Of a stretch of 64,000 nucleotides of DNA, positions 29,214 through 38,975 are shown piece after piece. The stretch lies in assembly GCA_965116925.1 (NCBI GenBank), contig OZ220744.1:4384001-4448000 (forward strand). The letters are read 5' to 3'. The notes under the pieces were generated by a model that saw only the letters and a list, made by a program, of their open reading frames with translations, was not told where the DNA came from and ran no database searches. This DNA is from Candidatus Poribacteria bacterium. Lineage in GTDB: Bacteria > Poribacteria > WGA-4E > PCPOR2b. Numbering within the stretch: position 1 is the first letter of the stretch; the number at the start of each line of letters is the position of its first letter. A program made the translations under genes and the position numbers.

Positions 29214-29696
29214 ATGACAACTATTAGAACGAAAATCATTGACCTACTAGATGCACACAAAATCTCCTATCGACTGTTAAAGCACAGTGCACCTGTTTTC
29301 ACCGTCGAGGAAGCGGCAACCCAACGCGGCGTGTCCAAGGACGAGATGGTTAAATCTATCCTGCTCCGTGACAAAGATGAGCACTATGTCATGGCGTGCG
29401 TGCTGGGTTACGCACGCGTCAACCCGAAGGCTGTGCGTGCCTACGTTCCCCAAGCATGGAGACGCTTGAGTTTCGCTACAGCGGAAGAGATTCTGTCTGT
29501 GACCGGATGCGTCCAAGGTGCCGTTGCACCGTTAGGACTGCCTGATAGCGTGCTGGTCATTTTTGATGAAGCAATTACACAATGCCAAAAAGTCAATATC
29601 AGCAGCGGCGACCCCGCAGCAGGTCTGGAACTTAACACCCAAGATTTAATCAATGCTGCTGCCCCCCAAATTGCCGCTATTGCAGACAGCGAGTGA
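29214..29696 (+). CDS. YbaK/EbsC aminoacyl-tRNA deacylase family protein
   Basis: TVEEAA..RG, VKSILL, TGCVQGAVAPLG and SSG motifs. Confidence 0.9.
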   Translation: MTTIRTKIIDLLDAHKISYRLLKHSAPVFTVEEAATQRGVSKDEMVKSILLRDKDEHYVMACVLGYARVNPKAVRAYVPQAWRRLSFATAEEILSVTGCVQGAVAPLGLPDSVLVIFDEAITQCQKVNISSGDPAAGLELNTQDLINAAAPQIAAIADSE

Positions 29697-29745
29697 AAAT
29701 CCGGACAGTCTAACAGAGGCACAATATTCTTAGAGCAACCCACCG

Positions 29746-30153
29746 CTACTCAACCGTAACTTTCACTTTCCGATCAGGTCTCTCGTGGAGATGCCCTCCT
29801 GTTCCGGGGAGTGCAATACCGAGACGCACGGATGGTTTGCCGCCCTTGGGAAAAATGTGATGGAAGGTCATTGCGGGTACATAAACAAAATCCCCAGCCT
29901 TTGCATGGACCGGTTTATCTTCTCGCCCTTCGATAACCCAGTCAATCTCCCCTTCAAGTACAATCCACCATTCGTCGTAGTTGTGGCAATGATTATCATT
30001 GATTTGACCTGAATTTTGATAAATCACTACCCCCGCTACATGGTCGGCGAGGACAACTGCATGGGACCAAGGGGGCGGTCCCATTTCCTTCTTAATCTCT
30101 TCGAGACTAATACTGTTAAGCGTTGCATCAAGAATTGGATTGTTCAGTGCCAT
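29746..30153 (-). CDS. Cupin domain protein
   Basis: HCH..DEWWIVLEG...GDFVYVP..FH motif; ATG at 30153 with an AAGGAG RBS. Confidence 0.88.
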   Translation of the reverse strand: MALNNPILDATLNSISLEEIKKEMGPPPWSHAVVLADHVAGVVIYQNSGQINDNHCHNYDEWWIVLEGEIDWVIEGREDKPVHAKAGDFVYVPAMTFHHIFPKGGKPSVRLGIALPGTGGHLHERPDRKVKVTVE

Positions 30154-30376
30154 AGAGGTTCTCCTTAAATTGAAATGTTTGAAAAGGTCAACCGCCTTGT
30201 CACCTCTAACTTTGCGGCCACCTAGTGACAAATTGATTCATTTTATCAACAATGGTCTTCGTCTACATTTATGCGTCTAGTGCTGCAGTAAACGTGCGCT
30301 TCAGTGTAACACTAAGTTCCCGCTAAATCAAGCAAAAGTTTGGCTTGATTGCAGCTGTGAGCCTCCCCTTTTATCG

Positions 30377-30404
30377 TTGACAGCGGACTGTTAATGCGTA
30401 TAAT
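30377..30404 (+). promoter_or_regulatory. Consensus sigma70 promoter
   Basis: TTGACA-16nt-TATAAT about 60 nt upstream of 30464. Confidence 0.65.
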
Positions 30405-30463
30405 GAGGAAATCATCCACGATGACAAAAGCAAATTCTTTAATCAACAGAAGGAGATTAACAG

Positions 30464-31591
30464 ATGAAAATTGTTGATGTAGAAACATTCCTAGTTGAGA
30501 ACATTCCCCCTTATCAAGGCGGACGCCGCTGGCTGTTCGTGAAACTGATTACCGACGAAGGTATTGAGGGAATTGGAGAGTGGTCAACCGGTCAGACGGG
30601 CAGAGAGAAATCGTCGATTGAGGTCATCAAGGATTTGGCAACCCAGTTTGTCATTGGTGCCGACCCGTTCAAGATCGAGCTGTTGTGGCAAAAAATCTAT
30701 GCGACTGACCATGACTTTAGGCACCCTGGGTTGGCTCTGACGCCGGCGTTGAGTGCGATTGAGATGGCGTGCTGGGACATCGTTGGTAAAGCTTTGAACC
30801 AACCGGTCTATAATCTGCTCGGTGGCCAATACCATGAAAAGTTGAGAGCGTATGCTTACATGCCGCACGGGGGGATATGGGAGAACCCCGAGAAGGCGGG
30901 CGAAATTGCCGCCGACTTGATGGAGAAGGGTAACACCGCAATGAAGTTTGACCCATTCCCGATCTTTCCCGCACCACGCGATATTCAGTTGAAAGATATA
31001 GCGCGTGTGGGCGAAATCTTCAAGTGCATCCGGGATGCGGTCGGTTATGGGGTAGAAGTTGGACTTGGCACTCATGGACAATTGACGACTTCCAGTGCGA
31101 TTCGGATTGCACAGATGCTAGAGCCGTACTATCCCTTCTGGTTTGAGGAGCCGGTGTCGCTGGAAAATGTCGATGAGATGGCACGGGTGGCATCGCATAC
31201 CAGTATTCCGATTGCGACCGGTGAGCGTCTTTTGACCAAGTATGAGTTTGTCGAGGTTTTTCAGAAGCAGGCGGCGCAGATCATACAGTTAGATGTGGGG
31301 CACTGCGGAGGTATTTTGGAGTCTAAGAAGATTGCGAGCATGGCGGAGGCACACTATGCAAGCATCGCGCCTCACATGTACTGTGGTCCCGTCGCAGCCG
31401 CCGCCGCGGTTCAGGTCGCGACATGCAGTCCAAATTTCCTGATACTGGAGTTTAATCGGACAGATCTTCACGCCGACATATTTCAGGAGCCGCTCGTGTT
31501 TGACAACGGCTACATTGCCCCACCAACGGCACCGGGGCTAGGTGCTGAGCTAGATGAGGAGGTTCTCGCTCGGCAGATAGTTGAGGCTTGA
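30464..31591 (+). CDS. Mandelate racemase/muconate lactonizing enzyme family protein
   Basis: EMACWDIVGK, KFDP, GTHGQ, FEEP, TGER and APH motifs. Confidence 0.92.
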   Translation: MKIVDVETFLVENIPPYQGGRRWLFVKLITDEGIEGIGEWSTGQTGREKSSIEVIKDLATQFVIGADPFKIELLWQKIYATDHDFRHPGLALTPALSAIEMACWDIVGKALNQPVYNLLGGQYHEKLRAYAYMPHGGIWENPEKAGEIAADLMEKGNTAMKFDPFPIFPAPRDIQLKDIARVGEIFKCIRDAVGYGVEVGLGTHGQLTTSSAIRIAQMLEPYYPFWFEEPVSLENVDEMARVASHTSIPIATGERLLTKYEFVEVFQKQAAQIIQLDVGHCGGILESKKIASMAEAHYASIAPHMYCGPVAAAAAVQVATCSPNFLILEFNRTDLHADIFQEPLVFDNGYIAPPTAPGLGAELDEEVLARQIVEA

Positions 31592-31627
31592 TATGTCTGT
31601 CTGCGGAAGGGAGGTAAAGGAACTTCT

Positions 31628-32815
31628 ATGACAACTTTAGAAGCACTTTCGGAATCCGAGAAAAACCGTGTGCGGATTACAGATGTGAAAGCCATGCAGT
31701 TGAAAGACCAAGCGGGTCAATCCCTCGTAAAGGTTGAAACCGATGCCGACGTTTACGGCATCGGTGAGGCGGGGGCTTCTGGACCAATGGTAAGAGCACA
31801 TCTGCAACATCTGCGAGGGACGCTTATCGGTCAGGATGTGTTTGAAATTGATAAGTTGTACACCCACATGGTGAACATGCAGCATCCGTACAGATCAAAC
31901 ATCCCGACGGTTAGCGGTGTGGATATCGCACTCTGGGATGTAGTCGGTAAGTTATTGAATCGACCTGTCTCAACGTTGACTTCAGGCAGATTTAGAGACG
32001 AGATTCCGCTCTATATCAATACCCCCGGTCCCGATGATTGGTTTGATCCCGTTTCGTGTCGAGATTGGTCGCAACGGATGAAGGAAGCACCGCAAGGCTG
32101 GAGCACCTTGAAATTTGGATTTGAACGCTTGATGGGAAATGGACTGCCTGAAGGCAGATACAGCCCCGGACAGATGTCCCAAACGTTGCGAGCAACAGAA
32201 TTAGACCTGATTCGTCGGGGCTATGAAAACTGTCGGGAGGCGTTGGGGGACGAGACTGATTTCATCGTCCATTGCCACAACGAATGGGATCTTGCCACTG
32301 CGATTGGGTTGGCGCGGGCGGTTGCATCTAGCAATCCGCTCTGGGTAGAGGATGCGTTGCCGGTGTGGTACTCAGATTCCTGGAAGGCACTCAAGCAGGC
32401 ATCTCCGGTACGGATTATTACCGGAGAGAAGCTGGAGTTACCGCGTGAATTCCTACCGTTTCTGATGAACGAGGCGTTGGACGCCATCCATCCAGACCTT
32501 GTTTTCGCGGGTGGGTTGACAGGTTGTCGAAAGATTGCTGACCTTGCGGAGATGTTCTATATCCCCATTGCAACACATAATGTCGGCAGCTTGGTGCAGA
32601 ATATGGCGACAGCGCATTTCGGCGCGTCGGTTAGGAACTTCGTTATAACGGAGACTCGGATCAGCCAAAATGCACTCATCGACGAAATGGCTAAAGAGAA
32701 GGTCCAAGTCGCTGATGGGAAGTTGACTGTGCCGAATGGACCAGGACTGGGGATTACATTGATTCCAGAAGTGTTGCGTGAGAATCTACTAGAGGATGAG
32801 CCGTATTGGAATTAG
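31628..32815 (+). CDS. Mandelate racemase/muconate lactonizing enzyme family protein
   Basis: DIALWDVVGK, HCHNE, WVED, TGEK, HPD and PGLG motifs. Confidence 0.9.
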   Translation: MTTLEALSESEKNRVRITDVKAMQLKDQAGQSLVKVETDADVYGIGEAGASGPMVRAHLQHLRGTLIGQDVFEIDKLYTHMVNMQHPYRSNIPTVSGVDIALWDVVGKLLNRPVSTLTSGRFRDEIPLYINTPGPDDWFDPVSCRDWSQRMKEAPQGWSTLKFGFERLMGNGLPEGRYSPGQMSQTLRATELDLIRRGYENCREALGDETDFIVHCHNEWDLATAIGLARAVASSNPLWVEDALPVWYSDSWKALKQASPVRIITGEKLELPREFLPFLMNEALDAIHPDLVFAGGLTGCRKIADLAEMFYIPIATHNVGSLVQNMATAHFGASVRNFVITETRISQNALIDEMAKEKVQVADGKLTVPNGPGLGITLIPEVLRENLLEDEPYWN

Positions 32816-32833
32816 TAGGTAGGAAAGCAATAA

Positions 32834-32857
32834 TAGGGCTTATGCATTTCAGTCCTA
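32834..32857. repeat. Collapsed, empty MITE shell
   Basis: TAGGGCTTATGCATTTCAG matches the left end at 55331 (TAGGACTTACGCATTTCAG) and is followed immediately by TCCTA. Confidence 0.5.
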
Positions 32858-33051
32858 GAAGTAGATGTGGACGCAGATTACGCAAAATTTCGCAGATAAA
32901 AATGGAAAAACGAAAGAAACCTATGTTCTCTCCAATTCATTGGGGACACATTATAATGGGGAGAATGCCATTAGGGTGTCCTCTGCTTATCGGTTAGCTA
33001 CATGAAAAGGGGTGACTTGGGGTTTCCTTATTTTCGATAGAAGGAGATTTT

Positions 33052-33807
33052 ATGACGTTGCGATTTCTTTTGGGGATGTGCATGGTTGTAGCAATTTCGT
33101 TAACTCCTTGGAATGTTATTGCCCAATCCTCTCCCCATAAATTATCCCCTAGAAAAAACACATTGGGATTTGATCTTATTTTCTTGGAGAATGGAGAAAT
33201 AATCCGTGGCGGGCTTGAATATACTATTAACGAAAGTTCAGCGGCAATTTTTACTGCTGGTGTTGGATTACTGGATAATCCCACCGTTCCTCAGTTTCTT
33301 GATGATTTCACAATTCCCCCATATCCTCTTGCTGCGTTCACAATAGGGAAAACCGGTGTACTTGGAGTGACCCCATTGAGTTATTTTTCATATATCGGTT
33401 TTGGTGTTACGTTTGTTCGGGAAATTGGACGCTCGACGATAGAGGTTACTATTGATTCGCCTGAGCCAATTAGAAGCGAGACAATTCAGGATGTTAAAAG
33501 GACGCTGAGTTTAGGCCCTTCGGTCAATGTTGGTGTTTTCAAACCCGTTGAAATTACCCCGGGGTTTATAGCATTGCCTTTTTTCGGACTATCTTATACA
33601 TACCGGTGGACAGCAATAGGGAAAAGCTTTGGCACTGAAGATTTTAAGGGTAATACCGAGTGGAGTGATTTTGCTGGATTGCGTGATTTTGCAGGAACGC
33701 TTGGTATGGAGTTTGAACTCTCGCCTAAGTTCGGTGTATTTGGAGCTTTAGATTTCTTTTTTAATGATTCTGCGACGATAACCCGTATTGGTGTCAACTT
33801 CTACTAA
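33052..33807 (+). CDS. Hypothetical exported protein, probable outer-membrane beta-barrel
   Basis: Signal peptide, amphipathic beta-strands, C-terminal RIGVNFY; visibly AT-richer than its neighbours. Confidence 0.65.
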   Translation: MTLRFLLGMCMVVAISLTPWNVIAQSSPHKLSPRKNTLGFDLIFLENGEIIRGGLEYTINESSAAIFTAGVGLLDNPTVPQFLDDFTIPPYPLAAFTIGKTGVLGVTPLSYFSYIGFGVTFVREIGRSTIEVTIDSPEPIRSETIQDVKRTLSLGPSVNVGVFKPVEITPGFIALPFFGLSYTYRWTAIGKSFGTEDFKGNTEWSDFAGLRDFAGTLGMEFELSPKFGVFGALDFFFNDSATITRIGVNFY

Positions 33808-33880
33808 ATACGGTGCTCTAGATAAATGACGGTGGACGATTTCTCAATATGGGTAGGAAATAATAAAATTATAATGAAAA

Positions 33881-33947
33881 TTAACCGCAGAGACACAGAG
33901 AACACAGAGCAAAATTTTGTTATGTTTCTCCAAGTCTCTGCGTTAAA
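33881..33947. repeat. 9-bp tandem repeat with inverted partner (hairpin element)
   Basis: AACCGCAGAGACACAGAGAACACAGAG ... GTCTCTGCGTT. Confidence 0.6.
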
Positions 33948-34040
33948 TTCAGAAAGGTTTGTCGCAATTTATTGTGCAATGAGAGGAAAAACTGGGACAT
34001 CTACCGGTTTGATTTCTGTGGCGGTCATGTTACGTATGGC

Positions 34041-34382
34041 TTAACCGACTGCCGCAGCGACGATGAGTCCCAATGCGATGATTACACCGGCAACAGCAAT
34101 TCCCGCCGCCGTGTTGTTATCTTCGGCGATCTGATGATCGAGGTCAAAGGGGGTAACCAAGTCGAAAATTTTATAGCCAACCATCAGAACAATCACTCCG
34201 ACGATGCTAAAAATAACGCTTTCGATGACAAGCAGCGCAAGATGCTTGAAATCAATGAACACCGCGTTTGCTGCCGCGGCTTCACCTGTTGCCTGTGCAT
34301 CGGCTGGCGTTGACCACATTGATGCAGCAACGATACATCCAATCGCGATACAAAAACTGAGCAGCACAATTTTCTTCGCCAT
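34041..34382 (-). CDS. DUF350 membrane protein
   Basis: FDLVTPFDLDHQIAEDNNTAAGIAVAG motif; ATG at 34382 with an AGGAG RBS. Confidence 0.85.
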   Translation of the reverse strand: MAKKIVLLSFCIAIGCIVAASMWSTPADAQATGEAAAANAVFIDFKHLALLVIESVIFSIVGVIVLMVGYKIFDLVTPFDLDHQIAEDNNTAAGIAVAGVIIALGLIVAAAVG

Positions 34383-34509
34383 TTGTTCTCTCCTTTTGAT
34401 CTTCGTTTGGGGTACAGAATCTCGAAACCTCGTAACAGGTTGACACTCTATCATAGTGTTACGTTCAAAATCAATAGAAAAATTAAGAGCGTATGGGTAA
34501 CACGCAGAG

Positions 34510-35549
34510 CTATCCTTTCACGATTTCTGCACGAACAAAGTGATAGCCGACCGCCCCGGCGGGATCTGCATCGAAGCCTGTTTCCTTTTGTGTCAGTCCA
34601 TCATTGGCGATGGCTCTAGCGGAGATCTCCACCTCCCCCGGATTGTCGGGCACCTGCCACCTATATTTCCAGAGATACCATGCCAACGGTGAGTCACTCC
34701 CCCAAATGTCCGCTGCCTCCCACGTGCTAACATCATCGACACTGGTGGTGATGCCGTCATCGATGCTCACTTCGACCCGCTCAATCCCTCCATGGTTTCC
34801 GCTGTCAAAGGCGGCACCGCTGATTGTATATGTCCCACCAGCTTGAAGAACCTGGTCATTACTAGGTGTACCGATTAGGGTTGCCAGTTTGACGCGGGCA
34901 ACGGGGTCCCAACCTTTTCTTCCCAATACCCCACGTGCGATTCCGCCAACATGATGTTCATGATCCATTTCGGATTCTTTGTGCCGTAGTGACCGGGATT
35001 GAGCAGCCGGACCGGGAAACCGTGGTCGGCCGGGAGAGGTTCGCCATTCATTTTATATGCCAAGAGCACCTCCTCACGGAGGGCGCGATCTATCGGGATC
35101 GCGGTATGATAACCGTCGGCACAGCGGAATACGACAACCTTTGCCTCCGCCTTGACCCCTGCCTTATCAAGGACATTTCGTAGGGGTACACCGGTCCACA
35201 TCGCATTACTCATCTGTTCTGCACCGATTGGATCGCCGATGCACTTGAGTGTCCGCATCGTCGTCACGGATTCCATGCCTGTTATATCTTCGTAATTCAA
35301 CATAATCGGTTGAGGTTTTTCAACCAATCCCGTTATCCCCATCCTCCAGTGTTCAGCCTTGAGAACCGGCACCTGATCAATCTGAAGGACATAAAACTTG
35401 CCCTTTGGTGTAATCATTGATGCCGGTTTGAGTATCTCTTTAGGGATGTCGTTTTCAGCAGGCAGAGAACGGAGCGGCAGCGTTAAACCCCCTACGCTCA
35501 CTGCGGCGACTCGAATGAATTTTCTGCGGTTCATGGTCTTCTCCATCAT
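34510..35549 (-). pseudogene. Sulfite oxidase-family molybdopterin oxidoreductase (Tat signal), split by a 1-nt frameshift near 34917
   Basis: RRKF Tat motif, Mo-binding C in LKCIG, WTGVPL and DHGFPVRL. GYWEEK continues as GWDPVARVK in another frame, into an Ig-like domain (VEVS.D.G, W..W.Y.W). Confidence 0.8.
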
Positions 35550-35576
35550 TATTATTTATTTGGCAAGGAGTCTTAT

Positions 35577-36905
35577 TCACTCACCTGTCACTTGGGGCGA
35601 AGTCAAGCGTTCAAGTGCCGATACCACATCAGGGTCATCGAATAAAATCTGGTTGAGCTCACGAAGATGTTCCCGCGCTACATTCACATTCCCAACCTTT
35701 TCATTCGCAAGAACAAGGTTATACTTTGCATCAAGTAGGTTCGCATCTGCTTCTAGCGCACTTTCAAAAGCCTGAATTGCTAGATTAAGTTTGTTCATTG
35801 TCATGTATAACGTGCCCAGATTGCAGTGTGGAATTGCAGGTTTCTCGGAATGTTTAATCGCAAGTTCAAATTCGCCTTGGGCGCGCTCGTCATCTTCAAT
35901 AATCAGGTAGATAAAGCCGAGGTTGTTATGTAGGCTGCCGTTCTTTGGTGCTGATCTGATTCCCTGTCGCAGCGTTGAACGCGCCTGATCTAATTCGTTG
36001 CGCTTAAAATGGATAATTGCTCGTTGATTCAGCAGATCTGGACTATTGGGCTGCTTTGCTAGTTCAGATTGGATCTCCTTAAGTTCGGCTTCATAGCCGG
36101 TCTTGGGCAGAACGGTGTGTGCTAATGTTGGGATGCGAAATTCTGCACCAAGTTTCAAAGCGTACTGGGGTGGGCGTATGCCGTTATATCGCGCCAATTG
36201 CTGCCAATCTCGATATTTTTTTGGAAAAATCCGATTTTCGTATGCCCGAACGAAATTATAGAGTGTATCCCCTTGGGAGATTTCAGCTCGAATATCGGTA
36301 TACTTTCGCACTGGATACCGCCCAATAAGTAGCCGTGGATCCGGCTCAGGAATCGGAATTGTTAGCACGGCTTCGGTCGGTGGCGTCGTGGGTGTTAAAA
36401 CCTCTGGCGCAGATGAGGTTTCGGCTGTCAGTGTCACAGGTGCTGAAACCTCTGCGGTAGATGAGGTTTCGACTGTCGATGCTTCTGGTGCTGAAACGTC
36501 TGGAGTCGGTGTAGTTTCAACTGTTGGTGCTGCCGGTGTTGAGGTCTCTGGCTTCGACGTAGTTTCAGCTGTCGATGTCGCGGGTGTTGAAGTTTCAAGC
36601 GGAACAGCTGTCTGTTTCGGTTGTTTAATTTGGGCAAACTGGATCTGTTTGACTTGGGTAGACAATAAATCGAAAGAGTCTGTTAATGTCTGCGACACTG
36701 AGATCCAAGGGACAGCATAGATTAGGAGTGCGATCAGGCTGATGCCCACAATCATCCCTATTATTAGGGCGGCTTGATTTGTTGATCGGGGTTGCGGAGA
36801 AGCGTTTATCTGTACCGGCAATGGGGGGAAGGGCAACACACCGATCTCATTTTGTTTGTGGTTACTTACTCTATCTTTTTTCACAGGCTCCCTCCAATAT
36901 AACAT
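35577..36905 (-). CDS. Membrane-anchored protein with Pro/Thr linker, LysM-like domain and TPR repeats
   Basis: One TM, about 16-aa ETS/T repeats, ISQGDTLY...WQQLARYNGI..P..LKLG..IP (LysM-like), and HNNLG/HCNLG/YNL TPRs. An alternative GTG start at 36884 has a GGAGG RBS. Confidence 0.8.
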   Translation of the reverse strand: MLYWREPVKKDRVSNHKQNEIGVLPFPPLPVQINASPQPRSTNQAALIIGMIVGISLIALLIYAVPWISVSQTLTDSFDLLSTQVKQIQFAQIKQPKQTAVPLETSTPATSTAETTSKPETSTPAAPTVETTPTPDVSAPEASTVETSSTAEVSAPVTLTAETSSAPEVLTPTTPPTEAVLTIPIPEPDPRLLIGRYPVRKYTDIRAEISQGDTLYNFVRAYENRIFPKKYRDWQQLARYNGIRPPQYALKLGAEFRIPTLAHTVLPKTGYEAELKEIQSELAKQPNSPDLLNQRAIIHFKRNELDQARSTLRQGIRSAPKNGSLHNNLGFIYLIIEDDERAQGEFELAIKHSEKPAIPHCNLGTLYMTMNKLNLAIQAFESALEADANLLDAKYNLVLANEKVGNVNVAREHLRELNQILFDDPDVVSALERLTSPQVTGE

Positions 36906-36912
36906 CTGCTAG

Positions 36913-36941
36913 ATTATAGCAACCGCTAGTATGGGTGTCAA
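36913..36941 (-). promoter_or_regulatory. Perfect sigma70 promoter with extended -10
   Basis: Minus strand TTGACA-17nt-TATAAT with TGn. Confidence 0.75.
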
Positions 36942-37294
36942 GAACTTTCATGTCATTTTTAGGGGCGTTTAGCCTTCGGCTTTTTAACCATTTTGTTTGA
37001 AAAGTTGTAACCGGAGAATCGCACCGGTTTGGAGTGTCTCATTAATTCTAAGATCCACTATAAATTATAATCCCAATCTGCAATCAACAATAAGAATCCC
37101 AACGATAAGATGAAGATAAAATGTAATTGTTTGTAACTGTTTGTAATACGATTGATGGGCATGACGAAGCATTTCATGCTGAAATAGGGACAATTTTCCC
37201 ATTTGCGCGGGAAAATTGGGAAAATTTGATTTTCGCAGGCGAAACGTAACCTTTTTAATCTCACTCATGCTACCTTAACACCTCATCTTTTAAC

Positions 37295-37307
37295 TGCGTA
37301 AGTCCTA
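37295..37307 (-). repeat. Orphan MITE/IS terminus
   Basis: TGCGTAAGTCCTA is the exact reverse complement of TAGGACTTACGCA; no partner end found. Confidence 0.6.
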
Positions 37308-37350
37308 TTATTTATGAATTCACTATAAATGCCCCTATCTCATTTTTCCA

Positions 37351-37380
37351 TTGACAATTTGGAGGTGGATGGTGTATCTT
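37351..37380 (+). promoter_or_regulatory. Putative promoter for the ffh cluster
   Basis: TTGACA-18nt-TATCTT. Confidence 0.5.
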
Positions 37381-37479
37381 AATTGATTCGCAAACCTGTT
37401 CTTATGCAGATGGAGGTCAGGAACGCACTCAGGGGTTCATCTGGGTTTTACCCATTATGTCTCAGGCAAAGGAAATATC

Positions 37480-38886
37480 ATGTTTGAAAGTTTATCGGGC
37501 AAGTTGCAAGGGGTTCTCAAATCGCTACGCGGTCAAGGCAAACTGACCGAGAAAAACATATCTGATGCACTCCGGGAGGTTCGTCTCGCATTGCTTGAGG
37601 CGGATGTGGATTACAAAACCGTCCGTGAATTTATCAACGGTGTCAGGGAAAGATCTCTCGGTCAGGCGGTGCTCGGTAGCTTCACCTCAGATCTTCAGAT
37701 AGCGAAGATTATCGGCGATGAGCTCACAAAACTGATGGGAGAGGAAGCAGCACCGGTCACTATAGCACCAAGTGGTCCAACAATCATTATGATGGTTGGT
37801 CTACAGGGTGGTGGGAAAACGACAGCTTCAGCCAAACTTGCGCTGAGATTCAAATCAGAGGGTCGAAATCCCCTTTTGGTTGCAGCAGATATCTATCGTC
37901 CAGCGGCTATTAAGCAGCTGCAAGTGCTTGGTGAACAGATTGATGTGCCTGTGTTCTCAATGGGAACTGAGGTCTCTCCTGCGACCATCATTCAAGCTGC
38001 TGTCAAGCAGTCGTTGAATCGTGGGAATAATTTTGTGATCATTGACACAGCCGGCCGGTTACATGTTGATGAAGCACTGATGGATGAATTGCGGGAGGTT
38101 AAGTCCGCCGTCAATCCGACCGAAATTTTACTCGTTGTTGATGCGATGACCGGTCAAGATGCGGTCAATGTTGCCCAGCATTTTAATGATAACTTGGACA
38201 TTGATGGTGTTATCCTGACCAAGTTGGATGGTGATGCACGTGGCGGCGCAGCACTGTCTATTCGTTCCGTAACGCAGAAACCGATCAAGTTTGTTGGCGT
38301 TGGAGAGAAGATCGATGCGACAACATTGGAGGAATTCCATCCGGATCGGATGGCGTCTCGGATACTTGGAGAAGGGGACTTTGCAACCCTGATTGAAAGG
38401 GCTGAATCTGTTTTTAGCCAAGATCAAGCCGACGAATTAGAGCGTAAGCTGCTTGAACAGGAGGGGTTAGATTTCAATGATTTGTTGATGCAGCTTGAAC
38501 AGATCAAGAACATGGGACCATTGGACCAACTTGTCGAGATGATTCCCGGCGTCAATAAGCTTCCGATGAAAAACATGCAGGTTGACGAATCGCAGTTGAA
38601 ATATACGAAAGCGATGATTCAGTCAATGACGCCGATGGAGCGCCGGAATTCGCGTCCCCTTGATAGCAGTCGTCGGTTGCGCATTGCCAAGGGAAGCGGT
38701 ACAACCGTTCGCCAAGTCAATCAATTGGTTGATCAGCTCAAATTTATGAACCGCATGATGCAGCAACACCCGATGGTGGACGTGCCGCAACTTGGTGGTG
38801 GTGGTTCGGTTGCACTTAAAGGGAAACCTGCACTTAAAGGAAAACCAAAGAAACGTAGAAAAAGGAAAAGACGTAAATCACGCTAA
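37480..38886 (+). CDS. ffh: Signal recognition particle protein
   Basis: ALLEADV, GLQGGGKTT, DTAGR, TKLDGDARGG and M domain SRRLRIAKGSG. Confidence 0.98.
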   Translation: MFESLSGKLQGVLKSLRGQGKLTEKNISDALREVRLALLEADVDYKTVREFINGVRERSLGQAVLGSFTSDLQIAKIIGDELTKLMGEEAAPVTIAPSGPTIIMMVGLQGGGKTTASAKLALRFKSEGRNPLLVAADIYRPAAIKQLQVLGEQIDVPVFSMGTEVSPATIIQAAVKQSLNRGNNFVIIDTAGRLHVDEALMDELREVKSAVNPTEILLVVDAMTGQDAVNVAQHFNDNLDIDGVILTKLDGDARGGAALSIRSVTQKPIKFVGVGEKIDATTLEEFHPDRMASRILGEGDFATLIERAESVFSQDQADELERKLLEQEGLDFNDLLMQLEQIKNMGPLDQLVEMIPGVNKLPMKNMQVDESQLKYTKAMIQSMTPMERRNSRPLDSSRRLRIAKGSGTTVRQVNQLVDQLKFMNRMMQQHPMVDVPQLGGGGSVALKGKPALKGKPKKRRKRKRRKSR

Positions 38887-38911
38887 GTTTGGAGCACGGT
38901 TTATTTTATGA

Positions 38912-38939
38912 GTAGGGAACAACGATCGTTGTTCCCTAC
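38912..38939. repeat. Perfect 28-bp palindromic REP-like element
   Basis: GTAGGGAACAACGATCGTTGTTCCCTAC. Confidence 0.85.
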
Positions 38940-38975
38940 TCATAGAAAAGGTTCTTACGAAATAGGAGGTAACAT

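Noticed and set aside
36903..36913. Leaderless mRNA (ATG 7 nt after the -10 box)
   Set aside because: An in-frame GTG at 36884 has a GGAGG RBS, so the evidence is ambiguous.
37058..37268. Two short minus-strand ORFs
   Set aside because: They are AT-rich, lie next to an orphan TIR and have no recognisable motif; probably IS-end debris.
37400..37450. SRP 4.5S RNA gene (ffs)
   Set aside because: It lacks the GGAA tetraloop and AGCAG strand and is too short; kept only as a possible leader mimic.
38812..38847. 18-bp tandem duplication (ALKGKP twice) and basic tail of Ffh
   Set aside because: Low-complexity basic Ffh tails are common and have no clear consequence.
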